NCBI GenBank assembly: GCA_024679065.1
Contig: JAGIQG010000001.1
Span: forward strand, 101,432,001 to 101,496,000
Length of the DNA: 64,000 nt
Source: Sphyrna mokarran
Taxonomy: Eukaryota
Reading direction: 5' to 3'
A model generated the notes under the pieces. The model was not told where the DNA came from. It did no database searches and worked only from the letters and a program-made list of their open reading frames with translations. Numbering within the stretch: position 1 is the first letter of the stretch; each line of letters opens with the position of its first letter. Positions 25,860-37,345 of the stretch are shown here, piece after piece. The position numbers were made by a program, and so were the translations under genes.

Positions 25860-27660
25860 AAACTGAAGTCAGTGGGGATTGGGGAAAACTCCATTAGTCG
25901 GAGTAATACTTGGCGTGAATGAAGATGTTTGGAGTTGTTGAAGGCCAATAATCTCACCCCAAAACATGGCTGCTAGGGTTCTTCAGAGCAGAACCCTTGG
26001 CTCAAATATCTTCATTTGCTTCATTATTGATCTTACCTTAATCAAAAGGTGAAAAGTGGGATGGCCACTGATGGTTGTACAGTTTTCATGTCCATTTCAT
26101 GTTTATTCAGATAATGAAACAGCATATTCCCTGGATCAGCAAGTATCAGCCTTTCACTGGGAAATAGCACATAACATGATGATAAGGCAAAGTCATATCA
26201 TCTTCCAACGGCTTTACCATAACTGAGTCTCTCACCAATAACATCCTAGGGACTTGATTGACGTGAAAGTTAACTGGATCAATCAGGTGGTTACTAGACC
26301 AGGACAAAGGATGGGTATTCTGCAGCAATTGGCTCACCTCTTGATTCCTCAAAACATCTCCAAAACCTAAAGACAAAATGCAGTAGTGTGATGGAATGCT
26401 ATCATTTCTCTGGATGGTATATAACATCCTGAAGAGAGATATGTTGGACATATTGGTAAGTTGAGAATTAATAATCATACTTGTCTCTTGGAACAAAAGA
26501 CTCTACAAGAAACACAAAATAGTTTTGGGGTGCTGCAGAGTATACATGGCTTTTCTTTTGCTCCAATAGCCTGAGTATTATCTGTGGGAAATAAATGATA
26601 AGGACAAAATCAACCATGAATGATTAAAGTATAATTTCTAGTATATTGTGTATATATAGGCACTGTGTTTAGGAAGGTCTAGAGTTTTAAAAATTACTCT
26701 TTAAAGGCTTTGAAACAGTTAAATCAGGAAATTTTGTTTGGAAAAAGCAACTATGACTGTTTATATAAATAGGCTTTTCAGAGTCTTTAAGAACAGAATA
26801 TATTATGAGGTCTAATAATTGATATTTCCTTTTTACATAGACAAACTGGTATATAGAGAAATATGTTTTTGAGTTGTTATTTGGAGGATTTGAATGATAC
26901 ACAAATCAGAAATGTACTCTCTGTAAACAATTAGCTTAATTACCTTTGCTGTATATAGGTAAAATCTGTTCTGTATTCACCATACATTCTCTATACTCAT
27001 ATTTACTCATGATGTGTTGTTGAAAGACAAACAGGAAGAGGGTTAACTATTAATTATTCCTCAACAGATTTAGAAGGGACCTAAGGAGCAACTTTTTCAC
27101 AAAGGGTGGAATAATCTGAGAAAGGAAGTGGTAGAGGCGGGTACATTACAACATTTAAAATACATTTGGACAGGTACATGGAAGGAAAGCTTTAGAGAAA
27201 TAAGGGCCAAATACAGGCAAATCGGACAAGTTCAGTTTAGGAAAGCTGGTTGGCATAGACAAGTTGGGCCGAAGGGTTTGTTTCTCTGCTGTACATCACT
27301 ATGACTCAAGGAGCCCAGCTACAACAGCACTTCAGAAGCCCAACACCATTCAGGATAAATCAGTCTGCTTTGTTATTGTCCATCCCCTTCCACCACCACT
27401 GTACCTATTCACAGAATGCATTGTAGTAAGTTGGCAAAGTTTCCTCAACAGAGATTCACATATCCACCACCAAGAAAGATATAGGTAGCAATTGTTTTGG
27501 AACACCATTAACTCCCAAGATTTCTTCCAAGTCACGTATCATTCTGACTTTCCAGTTTATATTGCCATTCCTTCATTGTTGCTTTATTAAAATCCTAGAA
27601 TTCCACAGTGAACAGCACTATGACGGAGTTACATAAGCTGGAGCAGTTCAAGAAGTAGAT
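25860..27660 (+). mobile_element. Fragmented L2/CR1-clade LINE (RT region 25860-26420, 3' part 27310-27660) with a CR1 3' end at 27065-27305
   Basis: gggttcttcagagcagaacccttggc...ttcatttgcttcattattgatcttacct gives degenerate GVPQGS.LGP..F..FINDLP. CR1 tail gggccgaagggtttgtttctctgctgtacatcactatgactc. Confidence 0.65.
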
Positions 27661-28999
27661 TGAATACATTCCTCTTCCAGAAAATCAATCCACATAAACC
27701 TCATCAGCCTGTTAACTCATTGAAAAACTCAAGCAAATTAATTGAACGTGATTTTCCCTTAGCAAATATTTGCTGACTTCCCTAATGAATCCATTTTTGG
27801 CCAACTGACCGCTAATTTTATCCCAAATTATTGACTAACATTAATTGTTAATGAAATTATCTGATCACTTAGTGTAAACACAGTATTATACCTGTGGTAA
27901 TCACAATAGTTTGGTGAAAATATATCATTGTCACATTGTTATAATCTCATGTTACTTCAGCGGAGCAATGGATTCATTTACCACAAATATAAATCTACCT
28001 TTGTCGCACAAAATCAGTGGAATAAAATCCTGCATTTCACTGAAGTCGATACAAATTGGTGATGTGGCAAGATTATTAAGATCGTACCAATAATTTCAAA
28101 GACAATTGATAGGAATCACCAAGGAATCTGAAAAAAAAACTGTAACAACTGTTATAATTGCAACTCTTTGGTCCCCACTTTTCCACTATGATCAGCAGTA
28201 TTCATACTTAGCTAGCCACTTTAGTCAGGCTCTCATTACATAATGCAAGTATAGTGTAATGTATGTGGATTATTAACACCATAACATTATATTAAATGTG
28301 CATACTGGAATGAAGTCACAGATTATCATTCATATTTCAGCCTCTATTGCTGGCGTGGAGGAAGTGAGGTGGGGTGTGGTGGGGGTCATTGCCAGAATTA
28401 ATTTTGCCATGGCTCCCTCCTTTTCCTTGATCCAAATCCTGGTATTGTCTTTCATGTTCCCCACCCAATTCTTTGTGCTTGCTTGTATCTCTGCCATTAC
28501 ATCCTGGAGGAAACTAAAATAAAACTATGTTTATCAGCTGGCTGATGTAGAGCACTGCTTGATGACAATATAAGAAGCTGATTGTATGAATATGCAGCAC
28601 ATTCCCATGTTCTGTTGTAGACAAACATGCGAATACTACTGAAATGTTCTGTGTCTGAAACCATAATTTGTTGGGAAATAATCTGTCTTTATGCTGTGGT
28701 CAGGATTTAGGTAACAAACTCAGACTTTTTATGGTGACTTGTGCTGATTACTGTGTTATTCGTGAGTTGTTGTTGGTACTTTCTATCCTTGTAGTTAGGA
28801 TACAAGACTTAAAATATCAATTGTTTAATGGTCAACTGTTAGCTTCAGCCCTTTGGAATTTAGTTCATTCTAAAATGACACACCTGGCAATGGAAATTCA
28901 AAACCAAGTGTTGTGGTAAAAGATTATGTTCGCTCAAGTTTATAATTGCAGTAATAGATTTTTATTAAGTTTGATTCTTTTTCTGAGTCAGTTAATCAT

Positions 29000-29740
29000 T
29001 TTTATAAGAATAAAAAATGGTTGAATGAGGAACTGTTATGCTGGCTGCAGCTCAGATTTAGAATTAATGCAGACAAATGTAACATTGCCCATAGGAAAAA
29101 AAAATGGGCAACATGCATAATTTATGAATGGTGTTCAAACAATGATAAAAGCAAAGCAAAGCATTCAATATGTCAACCGCTGCCGAATCATAATCAACAA
29201 AACAGCAAAGTTTTAAACTATGTAGCCAAAACAATAGGATACAAGTCACTCTTAGTCATGATCAAGCTCTCACCAAGTTGCCTTGATCACCATATCCAAT
29301 GCTAGTTATTAACAAACAAGAGAACCATCAATTTACTGGACAACATGTAGAAAAGAACTGTGAGGCTTAATCCATAATTTTGGATTTCTGAGTTTGAAGA
29401 AAGTCTGGGGAACTTGGTCTTATCACCTTTGAAAGAAGGTGTGAGAGAAACATATAAGATAGTAAACAATTTAGAAAAGATAACTTCAAATAAATGCTTC
29501 AATGCAAACTGAGAACCTGTGCCACACTCTAACTCATAAAATATATGCATGAGATCACTAGGTTATTCTTTGTACAAAGAATAATCAACAAATAGAATGG
29601 ACAATTGTGGGGGCAAAAACACTAACTATTTAAAAGTCATTCGGATAGCCACAACAGGAAAACTTTAGGCTCTTTCTGGATTGATGGAATAACATGGACC
29701 AAATGACCTTTCTTATCTAATAATTTTATGATTATGAAAA
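29000..29740 (+). mobile_element. Old, highly decayed CR1 fragment
   Basis: ttaatgcagacaaatgtaa (NADKC) and the 3' tail catggaccaaatgaccttt. Confidence 0.55.
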
Positions 29741-29964
29741 CAGTTGAAATTGGAGAGAATTGTTTTGTGCAGTAACTTGGGAAATAATGAATAAAAAAGT
29801 TAACCAATTAGAAAGCAAGCAAACAAAAAATGCTTAACCAATGAAGGAGAAGGAAACTGACAATCATAATAATGGCAGACTTGGCCCATGTCATGTATAC
29901 AGGATAGATGGTTTTGATGCGATAACTAAACTTAATATAGCGGTATATTTTACTTGTGAAAGTA

Positions 29965-30820
29965 AGATTATAAGAAATAGATGACTGAATGGGCCACCAT
30001 TCGTGGCTGATCTAATTGTGGCTTTAATTCCATCTTTCTGCCATCCCCTCATAACCCTTGACTCCATTGTAGGTCAAAAAAATGTCTCGATAAGCATTCA
30101 ATATATTCAATGGCCCAAGCTCTACTGCACTCTGGGAAAGAAAATTTCAAAGGTTAGCTCCCTTAGAGAGAAGAAATCCTTCCTTGACCCCATTTTAAAT
30201 GGGTGACTCCTTATTTCTAAACTGTGCCCCCTAGCTCTAGATTCTCCCACAAGGGAAATCATTCTTGCAGTATCCATTCTGTCAAGCCCACTCAGGATTG
30301 TGTATGTCTCAATAAAATCACCCTTCCTTCTAAACCCCAATGAGTATAGGCCCAACCTATCCAACCTTACCACATAAGACAATCTCTTCATACCAAGTAT
30401 CAGCATAATGAGTAACATGGTAAGCAGCACTAGTCAGCATAAAAGGTGAATCTTCTGTGAACTACTTCCAATGCCAGTATATGCCTCAGCATTCTAGGTG
30501 CGGTCTTTCTAGCATCCTGTATAGTTATAGCAACACTTTTCTACTTTTACGTTCTATCCCTTTTGCAATAAAAGCCAACATTTCATTTACCTTCCTAAGT
30601 ACTAATCATACCTGTGTGCAAACCTTTTGTGATTCATATACAATGACATCCAGATCTCCCTGTGCTTCAGCGTTCTTACTCCATTTAAACAATATACTGC
30701 TTTTCTATTCTTCCTTCCAATGTAGACAAGTTCATATTTTCCCAAATTATACTCGCATTTGCCAGATTTTTGCTCACTCGTTTAACCTATCTATATTCCT
30801 TTGCAAACTCTTTGAATGCG
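29965..30820 (-). mobile_element. CR1 LINE 3' fragment
   Basis: ORF 30122..30430 reads LSYVVRLDRLGLYSLGFRRKGDFIETYTIL...SRARGHSL, the CR1 ORF2 C-terminus. Confidence 0.9.
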
Positions 30821-31795
30821 TTGTCAATTTGTTCATTTTCCCTATAGTACTTGCTTTCATCATTATGGGAGAGTGATAGTTATTTTGTTATGATACAGGA
30901 CTTTATAGATGGCATTATTAATATTTTATATATATTTAAATCACAGTCTTTGGTTTGGATTGAACTTTACATTACTTGAAAGATAAAGTACACATCTGAA
31001 ACTGCAGATGATTCTCTTGCTGGTTTCTTTCATAGAAATGGGAGTTTAAAAGTTGCCAGAACATTTGTGGATTAATGTTAGGTCACAGAATATTTCATGC
31101 CATCTTCTGGTGAGAAGTGTATTTTAACCTTGTGTATATTTCTGTAACTCTAAATCACTGGCACTTCAGTTTGATTCATATGATATCCTTGTGATACCAG
31201 ATTCGATTTATCTTTGATTTATCCTTGTGTTTGACGAATAAGCACATAGTTGGCACCTTTATCCATCAAGCTACTTTTGGACCAAAGAGTAAAATTCTCT
31301 TGAATTGCATTATAAGACACCCCGATAGTAACTGGAGAGATAAAACACACTAATGCTGAATAGTAATATGTTGTCGAGAAAGCTATTTAGGCTTTAGGCC
31401 AACTACTATACAGGATTTCAAACAAATCTGTTTGCAAGAAAGTGACAATGAGATGCAATTTCTGGCTTCATAGTTACTTTATACCCATTAATGTAGGGCG
31501 GATTTTCTTTTTATTCATCTCACAGCAGTTGTTAATAAGTGGAATTTGGTAGTAACTTTGCATTTATGTTGTATGAAAGAGATACAGATTTTATTGTTAA
31601 TCTGCCAATTGTTGACTGATTTTGAGTAAGTACAGCTTACAAGTGACAATCAGATTGTTCACAACTTATTCTGAATAAAACAGAATCTGTGTCTTTCTTA
31701 AGTGGGGATACACCATTCAAGATTTGGATGTTATGTCATCTAAGCATTATTGAACTATATAACAGAATGAGAGATGTTTTCAGTTTCACCCCTCC

Positions 31796-33036
31796 ATTTG
31801 GGCAGCCCCAAAGCAACTGTCATTGACACAATTTCACATTTTGCTAAATTAAGGGACATAGATGACCCTTTAATATTCGACAGTTGATTATAGGGTTGTC
31901 CTAGCATGCCCCAGAGCCTGTCCATTGCAAACAGGAGAACAATGATAAAAGGAGCAAGCCATTAGATTTCCAGATGAGCACGAAACTGCTGTTTTATTTC
32001 AAAATGTCAAAGAGTAATGGTGAGAATATGGGTTTCATTTTCAACAATGTGAATACTTTAATAAAATGTTTTCCTCTGACTTTCCTTCAACTCTTACATT
32101 TCTAAATTTATAAAAGGAAAAATAGAGATTCTGATCTCTGCTAGATTGCTGTGGAGAGAGAAGGCATTCTTTTACATTAGGGCAGTGGAAATTGGAAATG
32201 CAGAGTCCATTTTGTTTCAGAACATGCATGACTTTGTAGGACTGGAAAGAGAAGAAAGGAGAGGGAAACTTTGACTGTCTTTTAAATGTATACTTTAAGA
32301 TTACTATATTCCCTCATAATGCAGTGGGTTTCGAACAATAAACACTCACTCCTGATAAATAAACTCGAATCAGCCCAAACTTAATTGAACCAAATATCCT
32401 ATGGCAGATGGCTAAAAACGCTAAGTTATTTACACACAAGTCACAATTTATTTCTAAGCTTTGTGAGGCTACAACACAACTGCCCACACCAATTGTTAAT
32501 CCCATTCAGATGCTTACTGAGGATAGTAGATTCTGAGTGCATCACATTCAATATGGTTAGTAAGAGAAATGAAAATGTCCATTAAGTAGGAAATGCTGTT
32601 CAAAAGTTGGAACTGAGACCCTTTGCTGATAGCAACTACCTGCTCTTTAGGAAGCATCGTGAAAACTTAATAAAATTATAATTTTGTGTTCATATTTAAA
32701 TGCTGCCCTATTTTTCCTTTTATAAATCTAGAAATATAAGAGGTGAAGGAAAGTCAGAGGAAAACATTTTATTAAAGTATTCATATTTTTGAAAATGAAA
32801 CCCATAGTCTCACCATTACTCTTTGACATTTTGAAAAAAAAAGCAGTTTGGTGCTCATCTGGAAATCTAATGGCTTGCTCCTTTTATCGTTGTTCTCCTG
32901 TTTGCAATGGACAGGCTCTGGGGCATGCTAGGACAACCCCATAATCAACTGTCGAATATTAAAGGGTCATCTATGTCCCTTAATTTAGCAAAATGTGAAA
33001 TTGTGTCAATGAGAGTTGTTTTGGGGCTGCCCAAAT
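31796..33036. repeat. Long inverted repeat: arms 31796-32125 and 32708-33036, spacer 582 bp
   Basis: Manual alignment of the left arm against the reverse complement of the right arm shows about 13 differences in 330 bp. Confidence 0.95.
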
Positions 33037-33689
33037 CCAAGTGACCAAGTTGGGAAAGCTTCATGACAGCTAAATGACCTGTTTGATGTTACAATTCCTC
33101 TTCTACCCACATACCTTGTGTTTGCAATGAAACCATTTTTTGACATACAAGGACATTATTAATTTATATTACCAGACCATTTGAGCAGAAGGGGGAAAGA
33201 TTTTCTAAAGGACGGAGCCTCATTTGATTTTAAACAGTATGTTAAAGAAGTTCATGGCAAGGCCTATTATTTTCCAGCTGTAAAAGAAGCATCTGAAACA
33301 GAAATTAGCTCCAAAAGAATTTCTTTCTTTTGACATTGAGTTGAGTAGCGGTCAAAGATGAGTGTATTCGAAAGGGGATATATAGGACAATGTATAAGAT
33401 TTGTTACAAACCTGTATTGTTTTGATTCAAATTTCCTCCAAAAAAATCTGGGTTGCGTCTAAATTTCTGTACCTCTAATTTCTATCCAGTTATCTTTTTG
33501 AAATTGCTACCAGTTTTAAGCAATTTTAATCAACAATACACTAGCCAGTATTACTGCAAATTTAAGCAATAAAGTGTCTGAAATCCTCAGATAACTTCAG
33601 GCCAATCTAGCATACAGCAAAATAATTATCTTTCATGTAAAGTAATGTTGACCTGTGAAATGGTTTATTCAAAGGCACTCTGATCTAAG

Positions 33690-34010
33690 GACATAATAAA
33701 TGGGAGCAGGAGTAGACCATTCGACCTAACAAACCTGCTCTACCATTCAGTATGATCATCGCTGATATTATTGTGGCCATAACTCCTCTTTCTTGCCTGC
33801 AAATGCTGCCAGACACACACACACACCCTTGATTTCCTTATACATCAAAAATCTGTCTAACTCAGCCTTGCATATAGATCATGAGCAGTGGTGACTGGGT
33901 CATTGACTATATTCAGGATTGAATTGGACAAGTTTTTGATATACAGGAAAGTGGAGGGTTATTGGGAGGCAGGAAAGTGGAATTAGGCAAGAATCAGATA
34001 AGCCATATCA
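33690..34010. mobile_element. Two CR1 3' ends in opposite orientations
   Basis: Antisense CR1 terminus ggagcaggagtagaccattcgacc at 33690-33878, then a sense CR1 3' fragment at 33882-34010. Confidence 0.7.
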
Positions 34011-34097
34011 TACCTGATTAAATATGTGTTGGACTTTTCTTATTTTTAAATACAATAAGGCAGTATAACATTATATAATTTGTTCTCACTTTCCCAG

Positions 34098-34221
34098 TTG
34101 TGTGTTATACTGGAGCCAATGCAAGAACTGATGTCCAGACACAAAACATACAATATCAGCCCAAGAGACTGTTTGAAAACTTGCTTATTCCAGAAATGGC
34201 AGCGGATGGTGGCACCTCCAG
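34098..34221 (+). CDS. LDB2: LDB2 internal coding exon (LCCD): LCVILEPMQELMSRHKTYNISPRDCLKTCLFQKWQRMVAPP(A)
   Basis: ctttcccag acceptor, gtaagc donor at 34222, 124 nt, phase 0/1. Translates to the hallmark Ldb/Chip conserved domain. Confidence 0.97.
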
Positions 34222-34805
34222 GTAAGCTGACAGTGTACCTTGTATAATTAAATATGTATTCACAGATGGTTGGAGGAGAATTAATTTAATAAAATTAGGT
34301 AGCGCTCCAATTTCAGTTCCACATAGAATCACATTAACTGACTTCCAAAGAAGTACTTTCCTCCTAGAAACCCAATATAGTTATTTAATGCACATATTCA
34401 ATAATGCAGGCTGTTACATTCCAAAAGCCAGGTAACGAAGAATGACATTAGAGGCAATCTTTACTGAGTCTATCATTTTTTAAAAAATGAAACATTATAA
34501 GCATACACCATCTAATTCCACTACCACCCCAGTTTCAGTGAATATCTCTTGGCTCAAGTGAAATCCCAATTAATTATTTCACTTGCAACTAATTAAACAC
34601 AATTGATATACACTTAACACAGGTAAACAAGAGCCATGTTTCTATGAACTATGTAATTTGAATTAATGAACTAATCTAGAAAATGACTGCTGTGATATTC
34701 ATGGTTAAAAATCAATGCAGATTTTAAGAATTGAACATCACTTGGTATGGAACATGATTTGTTTCCTGCAATAAAAGTGATCTGTCTTCTCTCCATATGT
34801 GTCAA

Positions 34806-35380
34806 TGGTAGGTCAATTGTTAGCACTTTCATCTCCGAGTCAGAAATTTACGGTTCAAGTCTCATTCCAGAGACTAGAGCACAAAATTTAAATTGACACT
34901 CTTGTGCAGAACTGAGGGAATGCTGTGCCATTGGTGTCAGTTTCGAATAACACATTCTCAAGTGGGTGTGAAAGATGCCTAAAAATGTGCAGGTTAGATG
35001 GATTGGCCAAAATAAATTGCCCCTTGGTGTCAGGGGGACTAGCCAGAGTAAATTCATGGGGCTGTGGGGATAGGGCATGGATGGGATTATGGTCGATGCA
35101 GACTCGATGCACTGCAAGACTCTGTGATCCCATGGTAGTATTTCAAGAAAAATGGAGGAGTTATCCCTCAAGTCTTGGTCATTTTTTATCCCTCCAATTA
35201 ACATCACTAAAACAGAATATCTGGTCATTGATATTTCTGTTTGTGGGTTTTTGGTGTACATAAATTGGCTGCCTTCCTTACTACATTACAGTAGTGACGA
35301 CATTGTAAAGAGTACTTCAGTGGCTGTAAAGCACTATGGAATGTTCTGAGGTAGGGAATGGAGCTACAGAAATGCAAGTT
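34806..35380 (+). mobile_element. Deu-type tRNA SINE (SacSINE-like) with an HE1-like fragment nested at about 34987-35130
   Basis: tagcactttcatctccgagtcagaa...ggttcaagtctcattccagagactagagcac head and agtacttcagtggctgtaaagcactatggaatgttctgagg tail. The nested gtgcaggttagatggattggcc...aaattgcccctt matches the HE1-like SINEs. Confidence 0.8.
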
Positions 35381-36474
35381 TGTCTACACTTGCTTAGGTT
35401 GTTTTTCCAATAGTCAGCAAAATATCTTCACATATCATGCACTGCTCTTTTTTTTAAATGGGAAGAGCATTCTCCCATTTTATAGAGAAACAGTAATGGT
35501 CTTATCAGGTAATGAATCACCCATATGGAGACTCACAATTAGCATCTCCTCTGTATTTGACTACCCTGGTGATAGCAAATACAGACTATTGCTAATTTAA
35601 ATTTGCTTAATTTGGATTATCTATTAATTCAAATTGAAGTCATGCAAATATAATGCAACTTGTATCATCCTATTAAAATTAATTAATTTGTACCTCTGAA
35701 TATTCAAGATAAAATAAAGAATAAACAACTTAGAATTTTTTATATAGTAGGTTGTTTATTGGGCATTTAAGATGTATTCTGAGCAATGGGAAAGGTGGTC
35801 TTAGCCAGAATAATCTGAACCTAGAAAACACAGTGGTTTGAAGCTGCACATTGCCTGTTGGTTGCAACGTGCTCCATCAGGATAGTCCTTAGAAATATGT
35901 TACATTTTCAAAGAAATAATTCTATGGTAAGAATAATTTTGGAATAGAAAAAGAGAGAATATTTTTAATAAAGCACTGGTCTACATTTTGCAACCCTGAA
36001 ATAATTGTTTATTTTCCAAATCCTCCGCCAAAGTTAGCATGCTGATTAGGGCTGCCATTGGTGACTTTTAGTTTTGGCACTGAAACATTCAGTTTCTGCC
36101 CCTGAAGATTGCTTTTTGAGGAAAATTGAGTCCAGGGAATGCCGAAAATAAAATCCCTCTGCTCAGTTCTGAAAATGCTCTAAAACCAACCAATCCAATT
36201 TGGAGATTTTTAAATTAAATCTTTGCCTTATGCATATATATATGTATGTATCTAAATACATATATTAACAAATAAAAACTGGGAAGGTAAATAAATATTC
36301 ACACAAACAGCGAGTTATTGCAGAAATACTCAAAGGTAATAATTAATTGGAAATTATTTGATAGTAAATCAGATGAGGTTCATGGGAAGTAATTTAGGTA
36401 AAGCTGAACAAATCTCTTTTCAGAGTATGTAAGATTTTTGCTGCACCAAGTATTTTGATGTCAGCTACTTTTTT

Positions 36475-36776
36475 TAATAAAGTTTATTTATTGGTGTTAC
36501 AAGTAGACTTAATGTTAACACTGGAATGAAGTTACTGTGAACATCCCTAATCGCCACACTCTGGCACTTGTTTGGGTAGACCGAGGAAGAATTTAACATG
36601 GCCGGTGCACGTAACCAGCACGGCTTTTGGGTTGTGGGAGAAAACCAGAGCACCTGGAGGAAACCATGAAGTCTCTGGGAGAAAGTGCAGACTCTGCATG
36701 GACAGTGACTCAAGCCAGGAATTGAACCCAAGTCCCTGCGGTTGTGAGGTAGTAGTGCAAACCACTGTGCCTCTTC
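36475..36776 (-). mobile_element. V-SINE-like tRNA SINE
   Basis: The minus strand reads ggcacagtggtttgcactactacctcacaaccgcagggacttgggttcaattcctggc, followed by a V-core and A-rich tail. Confidence 0.85.
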
Positions 36777-37249
36777 TGTTACAATTTACATTTGGTATCA
36801 GACTGGTATGATATTTCTGAGTTAGTGACAGATTCATTATTTTGCAACATCAAATTTGTGAGCCTATGAAATTTGTGGTTCGTTGCTACCAAAAGTGAAA
36901 TTGCCCCATTTAACTCAGTATTCTGGTGCTGCAGTAATCCTGTGTCACAACAGTGCCCCACAAACTAATGTGAGACACTTGATGTGGGTCAGTCTACTCA
37001 CTAGTACAAGCCCAACTCCTGTTCAGCCAGTAGACCATGTTAAAAAGAGAATTTTCAGGTGATCAGGTGAAGTAAATCACACAAGCTATTGATTATTTCA
37101 ATTTGTTCCCCAAGCTGCTTCAAGCAAGCAGAATCTGCTGACAAATAGCCACTTCCACATCTAATCTAGTGTTCTGAGTAAATTAAGGCTATTTAATGAG
37201 CATAAAAATACAAAGAACTTAATGCTTAAAAATTTTTTAAACCAAAAAT

Positions 37250-37345
37250 TAAAAGCTGAAAATGCGGGAAATACTCAGCAGGTCTGACATCACCTATGGA
37301 AAAAGAAACAGAGATAATGTTTCAGGTCTGTACTCTTCCATCAAG
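37250..37345 (-). mobile_element. Penelope-type pLTR remnant with a degenerate hammerhead core
   Basis: The minus strand reads ttgatggaagagtacagacctgaaacatt...tcagacctgctgagtatttcccgcattttc. Confidence 0.55.

Noticed and set aside
30400-30442. Short insert in CR1 bounded by a tcagcataa direct repeat
   Set aside because: Too small to classify, and most simply a local repair or slippage scar.
30457-30876. 139-aa ORF, among the longest in the track
   Set aside because: It is the antisense frame of a CR1 3' fragment.
33813-33826. (AC)7 microsatellite
   Set aside because: An ordinary short repeat within a CR1 tail.
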